DNA of 64,000 nucleotides from Epiperipatus broadwayi. Its lineage: Eukaryota; Animalia; Onychophora. The translations under genes and the position numbers were made by a program. This document shows, one piece after another, positions 36,027 through 48,008 of the stretch. Numbering within the stretch: the stretch's first letter is position 1; every line of letters starts with the position of its first letter. Under the pieces are notes generated by a model. The model was not told the origin of the DNA and made no database searches. It saw only the letters and a list, made by a program, of their open reading frames with translations. The DNA is taken from contig JAQFVV010000003.1 in assembly GCA_028023455.1 (NCBI GenBank), forward strand, positions 7,068,001 to 7,132,000. Reading direction: 5' to 3'.

Positions 36027-39000
36027 TTACTCCTTTAAAAAAATTTGCAGATTAAGAACTTATATATAAAAACAAACAATTATAATTGTTTCCTTTGGCA
36101 AAAAGTTTAACTCATTACCACAGATTCAAAATATAAAATAAAAACTTAAATATTCGATTTTAAAAACAGCAACTTAAAATTGGTAAAAAAAACAACAATC
36201 ATTATTAATTAAAGAAAAACATTAGCCTGTGAGTAAATACACTATATAATAAACAAATTCCAATTGTTGTGGCTTAAAAAATAATAATAAACAAATTTAA
36301 ATTATTTTATATTCACGATTTTAGAAAATAGACTAGAATAAATGATGTTTTGTTGAATCACAAATCATTAAATTAAAATAAAATACTTATAAAAAAAATT
36401 AAATTAACATAATGTACAATTTTTAATTTCTGTTTGTTGAAATTTATATTATCAATATTTTTTTTTTTTTGTAATTATCTATTAAATAAAACTTTGAATT
36501 TTATTCTACTATGTTGTCACATTTTAGAAAATAGACTATCATTTTTTTATGAAAATGCATTCCAATTAACTGTTTGTAGTTCTAATAATGTATGTGAATA
36601 TTATTTTATAAAGAAAAACATTTGGATAAATGTAATGACTCCATGTTTGAATAGATTTAAATAAAATTTAGCTAATTATATAAAATTTTAGTTAAACATT
36701 TTAAAATTTATTTAAAGAGCATTTTATTATCATTTGTAATCAAAATTTAATTTTAATTAAGTAATAAATATTTCTATAATGACAAATATTTTTGCCTTAT
36801 GAAAATTAAGAATTTCTATTGTTATAAGGATATTTAGTAAAAATTATTAAGTAAAACGAATTTTAGGTGATGTACTATAGTTTTTAATTTAATTTTTGTG
36901 CTTGTTATAAGTATATATTTTTTGTCATTACTAAACAATTAAATCACTGATATATGTCAGAAAATGATCTGATGTTTTGGGTTTTTGCAAAAATAGTCTA
37001 ATTAAGTAAAAATTAGATTTCCATGAGGTTACAATAATGTTATATCAACACACATGACTTTAATAATACACTATCCGAAAAATGTAAATAAAGAAAATGT
37101 AAACAAAAAACAAGTAACAAAAACATTGAAATTACAATTTACAATTCTTAGTATAGTGGTAACCATTTTTTCTTCTTGCTAAATAGCATGTCCTCAAATC
37201 TCAAATTAGAATTTATTTAATCCTGTTCTATCTTATTATGATGGTCACCACTTTTTTAATTTTCTTTTTTAAATACTAGTATAATGTTGTAAAATTTCTA
37301 ATGTAAATTTATTTAATTATGTTTTGTTTTTTTTTCACAAATTACATTTAGTTTAGTATCATAGTTGTAAGCAAATATAAAGAATTTTTTTTTTGCATTT
37401 TTTTTTTTTTTAAAAAAGTTTTATACTATATACAATAAATATATCTTGAATAAAATATTTTATAGAGTAATTATTAATGATTCTTCTGATACATCAGTGG
37501 AATCAGAAAATCCATAATTTGACACTTTGCTATTTATACTATATAAAAAAAAAAGTTTTATTTTTTTTAATGAACACATAAACCATATTATAAATGTATA
37601 TATGACTAAGCTTCTTCAATTTACTATTAATAATTATATTATTATTTTTTTAAATGTTGTTTATATTATAATCTTCATTTATAAATGCATACTATGCACA
37701 TAAAAAATATCCATTATAAATATAGTCATTATATATATATATATATGAAAAGTACTAAACTGTCCACTTACAATATACTAAAGAATATTTGTTGTATGAT
37801 AATCAAAACTTGTCATCAAAACATGAGTTATTATAAATGACTTATAATATACACAAGAGGGCATTGAACAAAATATATTAGATATTATGACTCCACTATA
37901 TTTTAAATGTAAAATATAATTAATTATCTGTAGATTTAATAATGTAAGCAAATATTTTTATTTTTACTTATATTGTTTACTTTTATCAAGAAAAGTATAT
38001 GAGTAAATGGATAAGAGTATTACTGAAAGAATTTAAATAAATATTAGATAAATAAGTATATTTTAGTTAATGTCAATATTTTTAAATTTATTTTTGGTGC
38101 ATTTCATTATTCTCTATGATCAAAGATTATATTTAATTGCATAGTGAATAAAACTTGTTTTTTTTTTTTTTGTTTTTTTTTTTGAGTTGTTGTTGTCCAT
38201 GCTTATGATAACAGAAGATTTTGTCTTGATGGAAATAAGACTTTTTATTGTTATAAAAATATCAAATAAAAATTAATCTAAAACACTGTATTTTAAGTAA
38301 TGTTCATATTTTTTAATTTTTTATTTATTTTTTTTTTGCATATTCTTACTATATATATGGAAAAAAAACTTTATTAAATGCTGAATAAAATTGGTATTTT
38401 TTGCTAAGATTGTTTATTCTTGAATGGAAAATCATTGCTTTAGGTACATCATGATATCTACTATAGATTGTACTGCAATAATATGAATAAAAATTGGGTA
38501 AATAAATTATTTTCAATTTTATTTTTAATGTATTTTATTACTTATTATATATCATTAAAATTTGTTTTTAATTACACAATAAACAATAATTATAACATTC
38601 ATATACATCACCATTTTATTATATGAAGATAGCATTGCTTATATGCATTTTATAATAGCAATAGCAATACAAAGTGGATGCTATTTTTTTAAAAAATGGT
38701 CACCAATCATATTATAGAGTTCTCTCATGCAGCAGTATAGTTGTATGTATGTATATGTTAACATGATTTTGGTGACAAAAAATTTGCATCTTCTGAAAAT
38801 CCCAAAAATAATGTGAATGTAACATTACTACTAGTATGGATTTCCACTATGGACTAATCTTTATGGGTAGAAGTCACAATAAAAAGAATATAATCATAGT
38901 AGGCAGACGCACTACCATTACTAACCTTGGACAGCTTCAAAATTAGATAATGAAATGGGGGGGGGGGTAGTAGAATGGCTTTAGTAAACATGTTACTGTA

Positions 39001-41008
39001 AAAAAAGGAAAGTGTATAGCATAATTATTCTAATGAATTCACAAAAATATTCAAGTATAAGAAACAAGGAGTAGAACTTTTATATATGAAGTCACCAGGA
39101 GTACTACTAGTTGACTCAGTTGAACCTAAGAACATGAATATTTATTTCCAGGACTTACAACTGATAAATAATAATAGTAAAATATATAACAGACCTCAGG
39201 GCAAAGATCTCCTTAATAATTCTTCTTAAACCAACAGTGAAGGAGACATTGCTCATCAGACTTAACAATTGGAAGTTTGAGCAGTTTTTCATTCTTGTTT
39301 TACCATCAAGCTAAAAATACTCAATTACTAACCCAAATTTAATAATTATCTGAATAAGCTATAAACAAAAAAAAATAAAATCTTAAGCTTGTTTAAAAAA
39401 AATTTCAAGATTATTCAGCTTGGATTTGAATCTAAGTCATGGTTATGATAGGCAAATGCAGTATTATTGCATAGTGAATCCCTTGTCTAATATATATATA
39501 TATAAATAGATGGATTTATGTTATATACAATAATAAAGTTTATACAGTATCTGTAATGATTTAAAGAGTCAAAAAGGTTTTTTTTTTTAATTTTATTTAT
39601 AATGAAACAACGGTAGTAAAAAATAAAAGTTCGACCTAATAAAAAGCCTCTGGAAAAACTGATGATCCATTTGAGAGAAATTACTGAAATTGGCCTCATT
39701 TTTTAGAACAAAAGAAGTTCTGTAATTCAGATCATTATCTTATCTAGCAGTTGAAATATTACTGATAAAATTGATAAAAAAAATATAAAATCCCAAAGTC
39801 ATTCAAACAAAATTAAGACCTCCGAGTCTATTAAGCTTTTATAATGAAAAGTTTCAGACAGGCTGACATTAATATTTATTTTTGAATCAAGATTCTTAAA
39901 AATTGTAAAATAATAGAAAAACAAAAGCAAAATCTGCTTTCTAATATATATATAGTAGGCAAACAAAACAAAATTTAAATACCCACTATAGGGCAAGCCC
40001 TCTCCATCATTGAAAAAAAATGCAGTACTACTTCTTTGTTAATGCATATTCGATAGTTATCTGGGTTGGCAATGGATCTATTATCTGAGGGAAAAATCCT
40101 AAGCTTCTTAAAAAGAATTTTACTTGGCCAGACAGACGCATTATATCTGCACCACAAAACCCTTCATTTGCACTATAGGCGAAATAAAGTTGCTTTAATT
40201 ACAATATACAGTTTTAATCTTTTAATTTCATTTTAGTAATAATATATTCGTAAATGTTAAAAGTTTTTATAAATAAAACATTATTTCTAAATATAATTAA
40301 ATATGAAGATAGAAAGAAATAATAGATTGGCAAAAGTGCTGACTCTTATTTACAGTATTTCATTTCAAATATATATATTTTTTCTGCACAATTTATATCA
40401 ATAATTTGTATTAATATGCAAATTATATATATGTCCATGTAATAAAATGTAATACTAAATTAGAGCAGTTTGCTACAGGATTACTTATAAATCATTGAAG
40501 ATTTTTTCATAGTAATTTATGTTCTATTAATTAATTTCTTGCCTAGTGTATTTTCAATGTCTTACATCATATTATTGTGGCAGGTGTGAAACATCCTCAA
40601 AAATATATTAAAACAATAAATTAGTTAATAGATTTTAAATTATTATACATATATTAACAAGGATATATATACATATTACTGAATATAAAATACTATGGAT
40701 AGCTATAATTAGACTAAATATTGAAGTCTTTCAGAAAAAAAAGTTTGTGGCCTAATAAAACTGCATTCCAAAATGTCTACCCTGAATGTAGAACAACATT
40801 TCCTAAAAGTTAATTGCCCAAAGAATTAAATGTGTGAAAAATTATTTTTTTAAAAAATCATTGTAATGGCAGCCAATATGCAGGCAAATAAAATTCTTGC
40901 ATTTTTATTATTTCTGTATTTATTTAACATTTTAAAAAATTATATGTTTAAATATTTGTATTAATTTTATTTGTCAGCATATTGGCTGTCAGTAAATTGG
41001 CATTTTGG

Positions 41009-43195
41009 GAAATTGATTTTGGTAGTTGTCAATTATATACTGTACTTTGGTTGGTGGCATTGTTTCTCTTTAAAAACATAGCAATGATAACATTATCGAG
41101 CCTCTCGACTATTTTTTCTTCTCAAATATATGGTATTTTTACATACGGCTTTTTTTTTTTGTTTTAATATACGGTCTTTTTCCATATGGTTTTTTTTTTT
41201 TCTAAAAAATTTACATTATAATAGACACTTTTTTTAAAAATAAAAAAAACACCTATTTTTACATACAGCTTTTATTTGTTCTAAAAAATGTACATTATAA
41301 TGGTCACTTTTTTTTTATTAGTTTTAAAAAATACGGTATTTTTACATAAGGCTTTTTGTTACATTATATGACATCTTTTTCTTTTTTTTAATTATCGTAC
41401 ATGTTTTATAAAAAGCTTTTGTTTTTATCAAAAATACCTCCTTTTTTTTGGGACATTATGTGACATGTCGGCTTTATTTAAAAATCTACTTAGTACCTGT
41501 TTTATAAAAAGATGTATTGTTAATGAAAAGGCTTTTTTTTTATATCAATCAAAATGATCAATTATCTTCCCAAAAATATAGCATGTTGTTTAAAAGCAGT
41601 CAAACAAACACCGCCTTACTTTCCTCAACCCCTTAGCCTTCAATGCTGACATTCTGGGTGTTAATTGACTTACACAAAATAATCACAACCACAAAACAGA
41701 TTCATTGAATAAATAAATTTATTAACAACATGTGACTAGAATTCATAACAGAACTATTTCTCCTGAACACTGGGCAATGAACCAACAGTTGGCCAAAACA
41801 TTTTCCAAAATAAAACAAGTTTTTAGTGACTTTGTAGACTAGTTACTGGGGTGGGTGGCTATTTCATGCAATATGGCTTTAAAAATGTCACAGTCTTTAT
41901 GAAAACACCTCCAAATAAACTCAGCCAGATAATTTTGCAGATATTAACATGCTGTGCCATGGTGCTTGCTGTTCTGCCACTTCATTAGTCTCCAAAACCT
42001 CTTGAGGGTCTGAGTGTGAGCACCTGTTCTGGAGTCCATGAAATTATAATGATGGTTAATCATCAGAGTAAACCCTGCCACCTCAAGGTCAGTGGTCTTG
42101 TAACTCTTCTAACAGTCTAAGTAGATGGTAGATCCGGACTTGATGTTATCATGGATGTCATCAAGAAGAGTGGCTGCTGAGTGCCAGGGAAAAGCAGTCT
42201 GCAAAACATTCACCTATCTCCTGGCACATACCCCTGAAGATCCACTGCTGCAAAAGGATCCTTCCCTGATGGTTATTTCGGCAGGAGAAAAACACCTCAT
42301 CCACCTCCACGATGACTCCAGGTCCACTATTTGACAACAGGTATGGGACAACAGGCTCAGATGACAGAGCTATCTCAAACTGTTCATCCAATGAACTACT
42401 GCAGGATTTGACAGTTGCAGGTCATCTCTGGCAGGTGCAATGCTCAACTGGTTTTGAATCCACAAATACACCAGCCACAATGCTTTGACAAAGCACATTC
42501 TGGAGCCCTCAAACCATATACCCGTGTGAATGGACATGGTTCACCTGTAGGCATGTGAGTAGCATACAAACTGCCAAGTTCGTTGGCTAAGGTTCATAGA
42601 TTTGTGACATACACATTGCATGGCATGTGGTAGGATGCAGAAACACAACTGCACCACATTCAGTGTTTGGGATGTCCCACAGTTGAAATAATGTGTCAGC
42701 CCTTTTGTTATTTTCATACAAGTCATGACAGAAATGATACTGTTTTACCAAAACCTGCAATTGTCCTGTGACAGAGGCCTTTCCACATTTAAATTTTAAA
42801 AAATGCTTTGCAAAATATTGGTAATCTTAGTATGCAAAAATATGCCAGTTGGGGAATACCAAAAACCATATATATCAACAAATAAACATTTAAAAACATT
42901 CACTACACACACTCTCATATTAAATTCTAGCAAAAATACAAATTTTGTCAATATGCATAGCAACCAATGCCGCAATGAAATGGCTAAATATACGATCATA
43001 ATGTTGTCAGTAGCCGTACTGTTCAGACGTGGAAGAATTTGGCCGTGTTTAACTGCTATCTTAAATGGCTACTACGACCATAGTCATGTATTAGCCATAG
43101 GTTTGGCCGTAAAAGTGGCATTATTCTGTGTTCTTACACAAAAAAGTGCCATCAAACAATGTACAGTGGCTATTTAACAAAATACCTTGATTTCA
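41009..43195 (-). mobile_element. Merlin (IS1016/IS1595-like DDE) DNA transposon relic; boundaries approximate
   Basis: Transposase remnants inside. Degenerate inverted similarity between about 41009-41070 and 43135-43195 (ACTGTAC(A/T)TTG(T/G)TTG(A/G)TGGCA). Subterminal short repeats at 41110-41360. Confidence 0.6.
41790..42770 (-). pseudogene. Merlin transposase pseudogene
   Basis: Fragments GIWFEGSRM...LVYLW...LSNPAVVHWMN, GPGVIVEVDEVFFSCRNNHQGRILLQQWIFRG and NHYNFMDSRTGAHTQ...YLAEFIWR match the Merlin/ISXO2-like pattern VEIDES..KRKY.RGR...WVFGG and GAHTQ.IE..W. Stops and frameshifts present. Confidence 0.85.
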
Positions 43196-43265
43196 CAAGC
43201 AGATAATTTTCAGAGATGTTATTCTTTGCAATCTGCCAGTATAATGATATCAATATTCTGAATTA

Positions 43266-43531
43266 TTAAACCATCAAACATCACATGATCACCATTCTTT
43301 GGACTCAAAGCTTTATAGCAGCTAATAAGGTAAAAGATGGCTGCTGGAGGATTGCATTAGGTCCTAAGATCTATGTGCAGTGCTCTCAGATCCAAGGCTC
43401 CTCACTGATGAAAGCCACAAACTAGAAACTATACTGGATGAGTAGGCACTAGATAGGGATTTTATGTACAAACCTTTCTACATCCATTGATTACTCTGGC
43501 TTGCACTGAATGGCACTACTGTGTGGAGAGT
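43266..43531 (+). mobile_element. Family-1 hammerhead element, older copy with inactivated ribozyme
   Basis: Collinear with 61265-61499. CTGATGA at 43405-43411 is retained, but stem II is broken and the cleavage triplet plus the stem I 3' strand are deleted. Confidence 0.85.
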
Positions 43532-43689
43532 AATCTGAGTTATATGATTATAGAAAAAAATTTGATTCATAGATTAGTATGATGTTTTCAATAATAATCT
43601 CTGAAAACTTCAAGTTTCGCTTTTTATAATTCACTATTATTATTATTTTTTTAAATTAAAATGGTTGTACTCAATTTGCAAGTGAATAT

Positions 43690-43960
43690 TAACAACTATA
43701 TGTAAGTTATGGATGTGTATTTTACCAATGCTCAATTATGGACATGAAGCTTGGATACTTAAAAAAAAAAAAAATACAGATTTCAAATTGCAAGCTGAAA
43801 AGAGATTAAAAGTAGAACATGTAAATGAGAAAACAAAGAAGTTTCACTGACATTAGTGGAAAAAAAAAAGATTGATATAAATGATGAATTAAAAAAGACT
43901 GGAGTGATATAAAAATGAAATAAACTTAAAAGAAATTATTTTGAAAAGAGTTCAAAATCA
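43690..43960 (+). pseudogene. RTE-like LINE C-terminal relic
   Basis: PMLNYGHEAWILKK resembles the P.L.YG.E.W.L motif downstream of RT in RTE-clade LINEs. Confidence 0.45.
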
Positions 43961-44914
43961 TTAAAACAATCGTGAAAATAAATTAAATTATTAATAAACA
44001 TCAAAATAAAATAAATTAAATTAAAACATTATATCTAATAAATTTTTTAATGTTAATTATGTCATCACTACTCAAATAAATTATGAATGATAGATACTAT
44101 GCCAGATCAATATTTATTTCTAAATGTCTTCCCGTCTTTTGTTTTACTTTATTATATATCAGCATCTTTTGCATTTATATATATTCACACTGTCTTTTGT
44201 GTAAATTTAGAATCTTAAGATTAATAATATTACGAGTCTAAATTAAAGAATAACAAAATGCCAACTTTTTCAAATGTCACATGACCATTTACGAAACAGG
44301 AAATTAATCTTCGCGAAGATTTTTTTTTTTTTTTATGATAAAGAAAATAATTACTTTGACTATAATGTGAAGCTTCGTATTATTTATTTATATGTAAACA
44401 AAAAAAAATTATTTAAGAATATACATAATGTCTATTTTATAGACATAATAAAAGCAAATGCCTAAGAAGGACCGAGGATATTTAAAGTGCGTTTAATTTA
44501 TACCTCGAAAAAAAGATAAATGTTTTAATGTTTTTTCTCTCTCTTAAAAATTATCTAAATTAAGGTTTATTTCATGTTGTGATGTTTTAAAACAAATTTT
44601 ATTTAACATTAATTTTGATTTTTTTTTATTTACAAAACATAAAAAAAGTATTTCAAATGGTATAAAGATCTTTACAAAATTAAATAATATTATGCATATT
44701 ACGTTTCTTTGAATAATGATAATCACGGAATACGGCAATACTATAAGCTCTTAGTAACTCCATTATCATCAGTGATCATTTTCCATATCGTACCACTTTT
44801 TTAATACAATTTACTTTAGCCTTTCAAAGTTCTTCAAAAAGCTCTTTACAGATGCAGTCAATCAGAGCAACATTTTACATCATGCGTCTAAAGTAATCAT
44901 AAATCAACAAAGTT

Positions 44915-44997
44915 GTCAAGTGTTGGTGACTAATGGTTAGCATAGCTGCCTTCCAAGCTGCTGGCCCGGATTCGCTTTGACACATGGAAAAGAAAAA
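44915..44997 (+). mobile_element. tRNA-Gly(TCC)-derived mini-SINE (internally deleted)
   Basis: GTCAAGTGTTGGTG...GCTGCCTTCCAAGC...TTTGACACATGG plus A tail. TSD AAATCAACAAAGTT at 44901-44914 / 44998-45011. Confidence 0.85.
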
Positions 44998-46447
44998 AAA
45001 TCAACAAAGTTCGAATTGAATCGAAAGTTAAAGGCGGGAAAAAACACATTATTCAAACTTTTTTTTTTTGGAACAAAAAAAAATTAAATAAGAGCTTAAT
45101 TTTAATATATATATTTTACAAATTGCTTTATGACATGAGTTTGAATCTAAGATAAATAGAACTTAAAGACTGCTAATAGACATAGAATTTTACTTTCATA
45201 CATCTGACATAGCCAAATTAGTAGCCATCCAAAATTGTTTATTAAATGAATGTTTAAATGAAGAGTGAGACAAAAAAGTACAATTATTAAAACTCTTACC
45301 ACCCAATATTTAATAAGTCTGGTGATTATTTCAGATCCCGAACAGTTCTTTTTTGGACTTTACATATCTCTATCTTTGCTTTAATTATTAAATATTTTAA
45401 AAGATAAAATTCTTGTTATTTTTCCTGACAATAAGCTTTATATTTAGATTCAAATGAATTTAGTACTAATCTTTTTGCCTTTTGTACTATATTCAATGTG
45501 AAAAGATATTTTGACCACTTTTATTTAACTTAATCTGATTTTTTGTCTGTCTTCTAATTTGATTTTCACCCACTTATCAATTTCCTATCTAGTTGAAATT
45601 TTGCAAATATGTTAAGCCTGTATAATGTATTAAACATATGTATTCTAAATGACAGTAGATTTTTTTAAAGTTTGCAAACAATTTTAGAAAAAAATTTAAA
45701 CCTTTAATTTTATATGGGATTCAGTATTTTTCATGATACTGTCATCTAATGTTATTAAATTGTATCTAAACTTTTATAAAATTAAAAAAAAAAACCTATA
45801 AATTTTTCTTAGCTTTCAAAATATTTTTGGTATTATATGATGAAAAATAAAAGAGTGGAATAAAAAATCATGTAAATATTCTTGTAATTAATGACCACTT
45901 TCTTCATCTATTCCAATCTTATTCAGATTAAAAAGATCATTTTTATCTGACAAATAGATTAGCATTGATGCAGGAAAGTGGGTATTAATTGCAAGTTTAT
46001 TTAAATGATTTTTTGCTCCATGTTTTTATTTTTGGTCATATAATACCAAGAATATTGTAAAAGCTGAAGAAAATTTATTGAGCTTTTTCTTTTTAACTTT
46101 TTAGAAAAGTTTTGTGAATAAAACTGTTTCTTTAAAATTCTAACCTCTCTATATATATAATGATAAATAAAACAAAAGAAACAAATGACACAGTTTACTA
46201 AAAATTCAAAATAGAAATTTTTCCTATCAGTCCACTCTTAGAAAAAGGAAGAAACTTTTATTAAAAATCTAGCAGAAACCGAGCTTCTGTAGTAAAAAAT
46301 ACAGTACTCTGAAAATGTGTTAATAATTATTTACATTTAACAATAAACTTGCTATGGCTCAATTAAATATATGTCAAAGAAAAAAAATTGCATTTTATGA
46401 AATAGTTAATGTGACTTATTTAAGATGAGAAAAATAGAACTTAATTT

Positions 46448-46551
46448 GTCAAGCATTGTTAGCTGGGAGGTCAGCGCATTTGCAAGCAAGCAGTTGGTTG
46501 CAGACGTTTGTTGCGGGTTTGCCTCCCGGCCGATGCTATGACATATGGAAA
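46448..46551 (+). mobile_element. tRNA-Gly-derived mini-SINE, expanded subfamily
   Basis: Homologous to 35912-36026. TSD AAAAATAGAACTTAATTT at 46430-46447 / 46552-46569. Confidence 0.8.
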
Positions 46552-47077
46552 AAAAATAGAACTTAATTTTATAATATTTCTTGTTAAAATATACAAATGT
46601 AGCTTATAGAGTTATTTTTTAATTCTTTAAATCAAATGTTCTTCTAGAGTCTTTATGTGATTATAGAAGTGATCATATAACACACTAGATTATGGTTAAA
46701 AATTGGAAAAAACTTAAGATATTTCAAACTTTCAGAGTTGTTTTTTTTTGTCTTAGGAAAAAAATAATTTAAAAGCATTGATAATAGAATCTTTATTATT
46801 GCATTCTTTCAATCTCTCTTTTCTTTATCAATAAATGATATGCTTTCATATATAAAATTTAGAATCATTCTTTTCTAATTTTATCCAACTTTAATAAATA
46901 CTGTTGGAATTTCAAAAATGCTCTATATAAATTGTATGAAAAGAAGTCTTAAAAAATATTTCCCCATAAACTCTACCAAAAGGGTGGAGAAAACAGAGCA
47001 AGCCCCTGGAGATTGGGTGCCAAAGGCAACAGGGAAGGGCACAACACCCTCCTTGTTTTATAAATATTTTTAATACA

Positions 47078-48008
47078 CACCTGAGTCTCATTTTATGCAA
47101 TAGATAGGTTCCTCAGAAAACACGCGCAAACGAAATCGTGCAAAAATAGATGTAACTTACCTTGAAAAAGGGTGGATACGGACTGTGATTTTTCAAAAAT
47201 CGTATAAAAGCAAAGCACCAACATAAAATTACTTTAAAATTCGTGCAAAAGAAATAAGGAAATAAAATATGATTAATAAAAAATTTCAAATTTGAAAAAA
47301 ATTGATACAAGACAAATTTTTTTTAACTATAATATTTAATTTTATTCAAAACAATATATTTTTATGCATAATTTACAGTAATTTACATTTTTTATACACG
47401 TTTTAATTATTATCACTATTTGCCGATAAACAGGTTCGTTTGCAAACTGGTAAAAAATCACAAGAGTAAATACAACTAGCACCAACGTCACTCTCACGTT
47501 GTGTTAATGGTTTTCTGGTGACAACGTAATTAGTAATTAATCTAACAACTAAAAATTAAATTCTTATTTTTGTCTTTAATTTTTTAATTTTCAATTTTAA
47601 TTGTGCCCACTGCTATTACTCACCTTTTAAAAATAAACTTGCGGATACTAAATGATTAATAATTGATTACGTTCTTTTCTAAAAAGCAAAAACAGAATGT
47701 GATTTAAAATGCAAAATTAACCATGCACAATGTTTGAACAAATTTACATTATAATCTTGTAAAATTTAATGTGTGTATACATAAAATGTGGAAATCATAA
47801 TTTTAATTTCATTATTGCATAAAATCTTACTATTATAAAGCACTGAAAATATTGAAATTACTAAGATGAAAGTCGAATTCCAATAATGTGCTATTACTTT
47901 TAATATACGCGAAATTTATTATTTAAAGTAATAGCGCATTATCGGAGTTCGACTTCTGGAGAAATGTGAATCGCGTTAAATAAATCCACGTAAAAAGATA
48001 CCCAGGTG
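47078..48008 (+). mobile_element. Tc1/mariner (pogo/Tigger-like) non-autonomous element
   Basis: TIR-like ends CACCTGAGTCTCATTTTATGC / ACGTAAAAAGATACCCAGGTG followed by TA. Homologous to 54066-55387 in the opposite orientation. Confidence 0.8.

Noticed and set aside
39655-39700. CTGATGA followed by GAAA
   Set aside because: No convincing stem I, II or III. Other isolated CTGATGA hits (e.g. about 14729, 16309, 39254, 50308, 55696, 60301) also lack full hammerhead topology.
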